A stretch of DNA of 32,234 nt from Clostridiales bacterium (GTDB lineage Bacteria > Bacillota > Clostridia > Clostridiales > Caloramatoraceae), in NCBI GenBank assembly GCA_026416355.1, contig JAOAFH010000090.1, forward strand, positions 1 through 32,234, written 5' to 3'. Made by a program: the position numbers and the translations under genes. Under the pieces are notes generated by a model. The model searched no databases, was not told where the DNA came from, and saw only the letters and a program-made list of their open reading frames with translations. Of this stretch, positions 26,958 through 32,234 are shown piece by piece. Every line of letters starts with the position of its first letter. The first letter of the stretch is position 1.

Positions 26958-26986
26958 TTGATTTTATTTTATAATAGTTGTACACT
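26958..26986 (+). promoter_or_regulatory. SigA-type promoter for the asp23-nusB unit
   Basis: TTGATT (26958-26963), 17 nt, TACACT (26981-26986). Confidence 0.5.
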
Positions 26987-27082
26987 AATATTTGAAGTTA
27001 TATTGTAAATATTTAGTTTTATTGATTCGGGCTTTCATGCCCGAAAATTGTTACTTTTTGGAATTATATGGAGGTGTATTAA

Positions 27083-27475
27083 ATGGCTGACAACACACTT
27101 TATACTAATGAGATAGGTGAAGTTCAAATAGCTCCTGAGGTTGTAAGTGTTATTGCATCAATAGCTGCAACAGAGGTTAAAGGTGTAGCTAGCATGTATG
27201 GTGGTTTTACAGAAGAATTTGTAGAAAAGTTTGGAGTAAAATCATCTAACAAAGGTATAAAAGTTCAAATTAATCCTGAAGGAGAAACTGTTATTGATTT
27301 AAACCTAATAATTGAATATGGAGTTAGAATACCAGATGTAGCATTTGAAGTACAACAAAATGTTAAAAGAGCAGTAGAAACAATGACAGGTTTGAAGGTA
27401 GTAGATATCAATATACATATACAAGGGATAAATATGCCAAAAGAAGTTAAGGAAGAAGAAAAAAAGGCAAGATAA
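27083..27475 (+). CDS. Asp23/Gls24 family protein (YqhY-like)
   Basis: GEVQIAPEVVSVIASIAATEVKGV, KGIKV, YGVRIPDVA..VQ..VETMTGL. Confidence 0.93.
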   Translation: MADNTLYTNEIGEVQIAPEVVSVIASIAATEVKGVASMYGGFTEEFVEKFGVKSSNKGIKVQINPEGETVIDLNLIIEYGVRIPDVAFEVQQNVKRAVETMTGLKVVDINIHIQGINMPKEVKEEEKKAR

Positions 27476-27563
27476 TCAAATTTAATGGGCTCATATAAAA
27501 TGCGTTTCACGAGGAATAACAATGCTTTTATATGAGCTTTAAATACGATAATGAGGTGATAAA

Positions 27564-28076
27564 GTGAATAGTATACTAACATTTATTTATGTTTTAGTAA
27601 CACTTTGTATTTTAGTTTATGCATCTGCAGTTTATATAGGCGCAATTAGATTTAATGAAGCCGATTTGTTTAATATTATAAATTCTGATTATATAGGATT
27701 AATACTAGCAGGATTAATATTACTTGGTTTGATAATACTATTTTATATTTTTAAAAGAGACAAAAAAAATTATTATATAACCAAGTTTACACAAGAAGGT
27801 GAAATTAATATTACATATGAAACAATTAAGTCAATTGCATTTAGAGCTACTTCACAAGTTAAGGGACTAAAAGAAGTTAAGGTATTTGTTAGACCAAGTG
27901 GTGATAAGCTTAACCTATTAATTAAAGTTCTTATTTTACCAGAGCTTAATATACCTCAAACTACTATGGAAATTCAAAGGCTGGTAAAAAGTCAAATAGA
28001 ATCAGTTGCTGAAATACCTGTTGGAGATGTTAAAGTAGTTGTTGAAAATTTAGCAGTAACAACAAAGCTTCGTTAA
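27564..28076 (+). CDS. amaP: AmaP-like membrane anchor protein
   Basis: Two N-terminal TM segments plus an Asp23-like C-domain (GEINITYETIKSI..IP..IQ); synteny with asp23 and DUF2273. Confidence 0.75.
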   Translation: MNSILTFIYVLVTLCILVYASAVYIGAIRFNEADLFNIINSDYIGLILAGLILLGLIILFYIFKRDKKNYYITKFTQEGEINITYETIKSIAFRATSQVKGLKEVKVFVRPSGDKLNLLIKVLILPELNIPQTTMEIQRLVKSQIESVAEIPVGDVKVVVENLAVTTKLR

Positions 28077-28092
28077 GAAACGAGGTGTAATA

Positions 28093-28317
28093 ATGAATAA
28101 GGAAGTATTATTAAATTATTTTTATAGAAATAAAGGTAAGATATTAGGTTTAATAATAGGATTAGTTTTTTCAATATTAACATTAACAATTGGTTTGTTT
28201 AAAACGGTCTTTATTGTCATTTGTACAGTTTTAGGGTATTATATTGGAAATAAGATAGATAATAATGAAGATGTAATTGAATTGTTACAAAGGATAATGC
28301 CAAATGAATGGAAATAA
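28093..28317 (+). CDS. DUF2273 small membrane protein
   Basis: GKILGLIIGL..GLFKTVFI..GYYIG..D pattern. Confidence 0.82.
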   Translation: MNKEVLLNYFYRNKGKILGLIIGLVFSILTLTIGLFKTVFIVICTVLGYYIGNKIDNNEDVIELLQRIMPNEWK

Positions 28318-28330
28318 TGGAGGAATGCAT

Positions 28331-28744
28331 ATGAGTAGAAAAGCTGCAAGAGAATTAGTTATGAAAATGATTTTTCAAATGGACTTATCAAATTCAACAT
28401 CACAAGAAATAATAACTATGATTGAAGAAGAAAATGAAATAAAAGATTTAGAAGAACAAAAAGAATACATATTTGATTGTATAAAAGGTGTAGAAACTAA
28501 CAAAAGCAAGATTGATGAATACATAGAAAAGTATTCTAAGGGATGGAAAATTAATAGAATTGCTAAAGTAGATTTAGCAATTATGAGACTTGCTATTTAT
28601 GAAATGTTAAATAGAGAGGATGTACCTAACGCAGTTGCAATTGATGAGGCTATTGAGCTTGCTAAAAGATATGGTGGAGACAATTCACCTGCCTTTATAA
28701 ATGGTATATTAGGGAATATAATCAAGGAAATTGGAAATGAGTAA
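28331..28744 (+). CDS. nusB: Transcription antitermination factor NusB
   Basis: SRKAARE, WKINRIAKVDLAIMRLAIYE, VAIDEAIELAKRY, FINGILG. ATG 28331 follows GGAGGA. Confidence 0.97.
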   Translation: MSRKAARELVMKMIFQMDLSNSTSQEIITMIEEENEIKDLEEQKEYIFDCIKGVETNKSKIDEYIEKYSKGWKINRIAKVDLAIMRLAIYEMLNREDVPNAVAIDEAIELAKRYGGDNSPAFINGILGNIIKEIGNE

Positions 28745-29669
28745 AATATTAGGTATAGACACAAGTAACTATACTACTTCGGTTGCTGTTATTGAAGAAG
28801 GTACTTTAATATATGACAATAGAAAAATATTGGATGTTGATTTAGGTAAAAAGGGCTTGAGACAATCAGAAGCCCTTTTTCAGCATATAAAAAACTTACC
28901 AATACTATTAGAGTCACATAAAGTACAAAATATCAATGCAGTAGCAGTAAGTACAAAACCAAGACCATGTGAAGGTTCATATATGCCTGTATTTAAAGCA
29001 GGTGAAACTGTTGCAAAATCAATAGCAAGTGTTTTGGGTATTCCTCTAATTGAAACAACACATCAAGAAGGTCATATAGAAGCAGGTTGTTATTCAATAG
29101 GATTTAATGAGGATGAGTTTATTGTTTTTCATATGTCAGGTGGGACATCTGAAATATTAATGTATAATAAGAATAAAGAAAATACAGTTGAGCTCATAGG
29201 AGGAACAAAGGATATCAGTTTTGGACAGTTTTTAGATAGAGTAGGAGTGGCATTAGGTTTTGATTTCCCTGCTGGCAAATACGTAGATGAGCTGGCATTA
29301 AGCATAAAGGAAACAGAATTAATTATCCCATCAAGAGTTGAGGGTTTATATTTCAATCTATCAGGTCAAGAGACACAAGCACAAAAATATATTGAAAAAG
29401 GGCTTAAAAAAGAAGAAATAGCATTAGCAACAATAAAATGTATTGCTAAAACTTTAGATAAATTGATTGCAACATTGTTAAAAACATACAATAAAAAAAT
29501 ATTATTAATTGGTGGAGTTGCTTCAAGCAAATACATTGCAAAATTTATTAATAAAAAATATAATGGAAGTGTATTTATTTCAAAACCAGAATTTGCACAA
29601 GATAATGCGATTGGTGTTGCATTAATTGGATTGAAAAAGTTGTATATTTGTAATAACAGGAGAGATTGA
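28737..29669 (+). CDS. Divergent TsaD/Kae1-family ASKHA protein, function uncertain
   Basis: LGIDTSNYTTS, HQEGH, SGGTS, GGTKDISFGQFLDR, NLSG, GGVAS, DNAIGVA. Confidence 0.85.
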   Translation: MSKILGIDTSNYTTSVAVIEEGTLIYDNRKILDVDLGKKGLRQSEALFQHIKNLPILLESHKVQNINAVAVSTKPRPCEGSYMPVFKAGETVAKSIASVLGIPLIETTHQEGHIEAGCYSIGFNEDEFIVFHMSGGTSEILMYNKNKENTVELIGGTKDISFGQFLDRVGVALGFDFPAGKYVDELALSIKETELIIPSRVEGLYFNLSGQETQAQKYIEKGLKKEEIALATIKCIAKTLDKLIATLLKTYNKKILLIGGVASSKYIAKFINKKYNGSVFISKPEFAQDNAIGVALIGLKKLYICNNRRD

Positions 29670-29670
29670 T

Positions 29671-30888
29671 ATGGGAATGAATCCTATTACAGTATCTGAA
29701 TTAAACAATTTTATAAAGGGATTAATAGAGCAAACACCTGAATTGAATCATGTGATTGTAAAGGGTGAAATATCAAATTTTAAACATCATTCTACAGGGC
29801 ATATGTATTTTACTCTGAAAGACAATGAAAGTAAAATAAAGTGTGTAATGTTTAAGGGATACAATAGCTATTTAAAGATTAAACCAGAAGATGGTATGAA
29901 GGTTTTGATAACTGGATATGTTTCAGTATATGAAAGAGACGGAGCATATCAATTGTATTGTGTTGATATGAAAAAAGATGGTATTGGTGATTTATATTTA
30001 GCCTATGAAGAACTTAAAAAGAGACTAGAACAAGAGGGATTGTTTAGTAGTGAAAACAAAAAACAATTGCCACTTATGCCGAGAAGAATAGGTGTTGCAA
30101 CTTCTAGTACAGGAGCTGTTATAAGAGACATAATTAATGTTTCCACAAGAAGATATAATAATATAGACATATTGCTATATCCTGTAAAGGTTCAGGGGCA
30201 AGGGGCTGCAGAGACCATTGTAGATGCAATTGAATACTTTAATACTAGAAATGATATCGATGTTATTATAATAGGTAGAGGTGGTGGCTCAATAGAAGAG
30301 TTGTGGGCTTTTAATGAAGAAATAGTTGCAAGAGCCATTTACAAAAGTAGAATTCCTATTGTATCTGCTGTTGGGCATGAAACGGATTTTACAATAGCGG
30401 ATTTTGTTGCGGACTTAAGAGCTTCTACGCCTTCTCATGCAGCAGAAATGGTTGTTCCATCCTACAATGATTTGGTTTATAAAATAAGTTCAATTAAAAA
30501 CAATTTAATAAATCAAGTTAATAGTAAAATTAAACATGATAGAATACATGTAGAAAGTTTAATATCTAAAGTTAAAATAAAGTCACCACAAAATAAAATT
30601 AACATGAGTTATCAGTATACTGATAATTTAAGAGAAAAACTAATAACAATCATTAATAATAAGCATACATTAAGCAGACATAGACTTGTTGTTCTTGCAC
30701 AAAAATTAGATGCATTAAGTCCACTAAAATCTATAGGTAGGGGATTTGGAGCAGTTGTCAAGGATGATTTTTTAGTTAGAAGTATTAAACAAGTGGAAAA
30801 TAATGATATAATAGATGTATATTTATCCGATGGAAAATTGAATTGTATGATTAAAAATAAAACGGAGGGCAAGTTATGGCAAGAGTAA
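29671..30888 (+). CDS. xseA: Exodeoxyribonuclease VII large subunit
   Basis: GEISNF..GHMYFTLKD, GAVIRDI, RGGGSIEELWAFN, SAVGHETD, LSP. Confidence 0.97.
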   Translation: MGMNPITVSELNNFIKGLIEQTPELNHVIVKGEISNFKHHSTGHMYFTLKDNESKIKCVMFKGYNSYLKIKPEDGMKVLITGYVSVYERDGAYQLYCVDMKKDGIGDLYLAYEELKKRLEQEGLFSSENKKQLPLMPRRIGVATSSTGAVIRDIINVSTRRYNNIDILLYPVKVQGQGAAETIVDAIEYFNTRNDIDVIIIGRGGGSIEELWAFNEEIVARAIYKSRIPIVSAVGHETDFTIADFVADLRASTPSHAAEMVVPSYNDLVYKISSIKNNLINQVNSKIKHDRIHVESLISKVKIKSPQNKINMSYQYTDNLREKLITIINNKHTLSRHRLVVLAQKLDALSPLKSIGRGFGAVVKDDFLVRSIKQVENNDIIDVYLSDGKLNCMIKNKTEGKLWQE

Positions 30889-31133
30889 AGAAAAATGAAT
30901 ATACATTTGAAGAAGCAATAAAAAGATTAGAAGAGATTGTTTCTGAAATAGAAGATAAAGATTTAAGTCTAGAAGAATCAATACTTAAGTTTAAAGAAGG
31001 AATGGAACTAGCAAGTTTATGTAATAAAAAGCTTGATGAAGCTGAACGAAAGATTAATATTTTAATTAAAGGGGAAAATGGTGAACTTACCGAAGAAGAA
31101 TTCGCTGCTCAGGAGGAAGGAAATGAACTTTAA
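30876..31133 (+). CDS. xseB: Exodeoxyribonuclease VII small subunit
   Basis: FEEAIKRLEEIV..LSLEESILKFKEGMEL..C..L..AE. Confidence 0.96.
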   Translation: MARVKKNEYTFEEAIKRLEEIVSEIEDKDLSLEESILKFKEGMELASLCNKKLDEAERKINILIKGENGELTEEEFAAQEEGNEL

Positions 31134-31998
31134 ACAAAAGCTCCAACATAAACAGCAAATAATAAATAATAGACTAATGGAATTAATAAAAATAAACAAT
31201 GTTCCAGAAACTTTAATGAATTCTATGAAATATAGTCTTGAGGCTGGTGGAAAAAGAATAAGACCTATATTAACATTGACTATAGCTGAAGCATTAGGTG
31301 GTAATACAGATGATGCAATGGATTTTGGTTGTGCTATCGAATTAATACATACATATTCGTTAATCCATGATGATCTGCCAGCTATGGATAATGACGACTA
31401 TAGACGTGGTAAATTAACTAATCATAAGGTTTTTGGAGAGGCTATTGCTATACTTGCTGGTGATGCTTTGTTAAATTTTGCTTTTGAATTTTTATTAGAA
31501 AAAGCATCAAATAATCTAAAGGAACCATATATAAAGGCATTGTCAATCATATCAAAAGCTTCAGGTTCAACTGGCATGATTGGTGGTCAGGTTATAGATA
31601 TAGAAAGTGGTAATAAAAAAATAAATTTAGATGAACTTTATAATATGCATAGATTAAAAACTGGTGCAATGATAGAAGCATCATGTATTGTTGGATGTGT
31701 TTTAGCAGAAAGATATGATAAAATTAATATTGTAAAAGAATATAGTCAAAATATTGGTATAGCTTTTCAGATAGTAGATGATATACTTGATTGTATAGGT
31801 GATAAAGAAAAGTTAGGTAAGTCAATTGGTAAAGATGAAAAAGACAATAAATCAACTTTTGTAACATTATTAGGTCTTGAAAGAGCAAAGGAGTTAGCAA
31901 AAGAACACACAGAAAAAGCTATATCTTTAGCTGAAGAAATTGATTCTACTGGTTTTTTAACTGATCTTACAAATTATCTTTTAAATAGAGAAAACTAA
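31123..31998 (+). CDS. ispA: Farnesyl diphosphate synthase / geranyltranstransferase
   Basis: GGKRIRP, HTYSLIHDDLPAMDNDDYRRG, GQVID, KTG, FQIVDDILD. ATG 31123 follows AGGAGGAAGG. Confidence 0.96.
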   Translation: MNFKQKLQHKQQIINNRLMELIKINNVPETLMNSMKYSLEAGGKRIRPILTLTIAEALGGNTDDAMDFGCAIELIHTYSLIHDDLPAMDNDDYRRGKLTNHKVFGEAIAILAGDALLNFAFEFLLEKASNNLKEPYIKALSIISKASGSTGMIGGQVIDIESGNKKINLDELYNMHRLKTGAMIEASCIVGCVLAERYDKINIVKEYSQNIGIAFQIVDDILDCIGDKEKLGKSIGKDEKDNKSTFVTLLGLERAKELAKEHTEKAISLAEEIDSTGFLTDLTNYLLNREN

Positions 31999-32039
31999 TG
32001 CAATTAAATTAATATACCAAACTTGTAATACAAATTATG

Positions 32040-32068
32040 TTGTATAACAGATATGAATATGATAAAAT
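32040..32068 (+). promoter_or_regulatory. SigA promoter upstream of OLE RNA
   Basis: TTGTAT (32040-32045), 17 nt, TAAAAT (32063-32068) with extended TG at 32060-32061. Confidence 0.7.
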
Positions 32069-32078
32069 AACATTCTGA

Positions 32079-32234
32079 TTAGGGTGGTGCAGTATTCTAG
32101 TCAACTTAGTCCATCTTGAAGGCGGGGCTAAAAATCCGCCAAAGGGCACATCGATGAAGTTCCTTGTGCTGGCTCGCTACGCCCAGTAGTGGGTTGGTGC
32201 TGGGAGTAAGGGGGATGGGGCGACCGCAATGGCA
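32079..32234 (+). ncRNA. ole: OLE RNA (Ornate Large Extremophilic RNA), 5' portion, truncated by the window end; 5' boundary approximate
   Basis: Recalled OLE 5' conserved strings GGTGCAGTATTCTAGTCA, TTGAAGGCGG..CTAAAAATCCG, AAAGGGCACATCGATGAAGTTCC, GCCCAG and GCTGGGAGT. About 56% GC (86/154 counted over 32081-32234) in an AT-rich genome, G-U-rich helices, and the canonical position directly after nusB..xseA-xseB-ispA. Confidence 0.9.

Noticed and set aside
1005-30872. All minus-strand ORFs in the track and the nested + strand ORF 1005-1214
   Set aside because: They lie within or across well-supported + strand genes, show no recognisable motifs and look like antisense shadows of AT-rich codon usage.
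32147-32160. CATCGATGAAG resembling 5.8S/23S rRNA, or the region as a riboswitch or T-box
   Set aside because: Flanking sequence does not follow rRNA, T-box or riboswitch consensus, while the surrounding strings and ispA synteny fit OLE RNA.

Overview
AT-rich, Clostridia-like chromosomal segment in which every credible gene is on the + strand. Gene order: partial feoB, an unannotated 45-aa 4xCxxC peptide, fur, rnj, YlbF-family gene, queT, typA, mltG, trmR-like methyltransferase, U32/trhP, udk, intact pro-sigK, yqeG, then a compact type IV filament cluster (pilB, pilT, pilC, major pilin, pilD, 4 minor pilins; no pilMNO), endonuclease IV-like TIM barrel, Xaa-Pro peptidase, efp, acidic Cys-rich protein, spoIIIAA-AH, asp23-amaP-DUF2273-nusB, a divergent TsaD/Kae1-like gene, xseAB, ispA and the first ~150 nt of an OLE RNA cut by the window end. 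Most of this is conserved housekeeping and sporulation synteny. The least explained signals are: (i) an identical bipartite motif TGTTTAA-N12-TGGCAATAATT, resembling a SigF/SigB-family promoter, before both pilB and the major pilin; (ii) anti-Shine-Dalgarno elements inside promoter spacers at both the pilin gene and sigK, which would silence read-through transcripts; (iii) the Cys-rich peptide after feoB; (iv) the Kae1-like gene in the OLE neighbourhood. All calls come from motif recognition by eye; no searches or folding programs were run.
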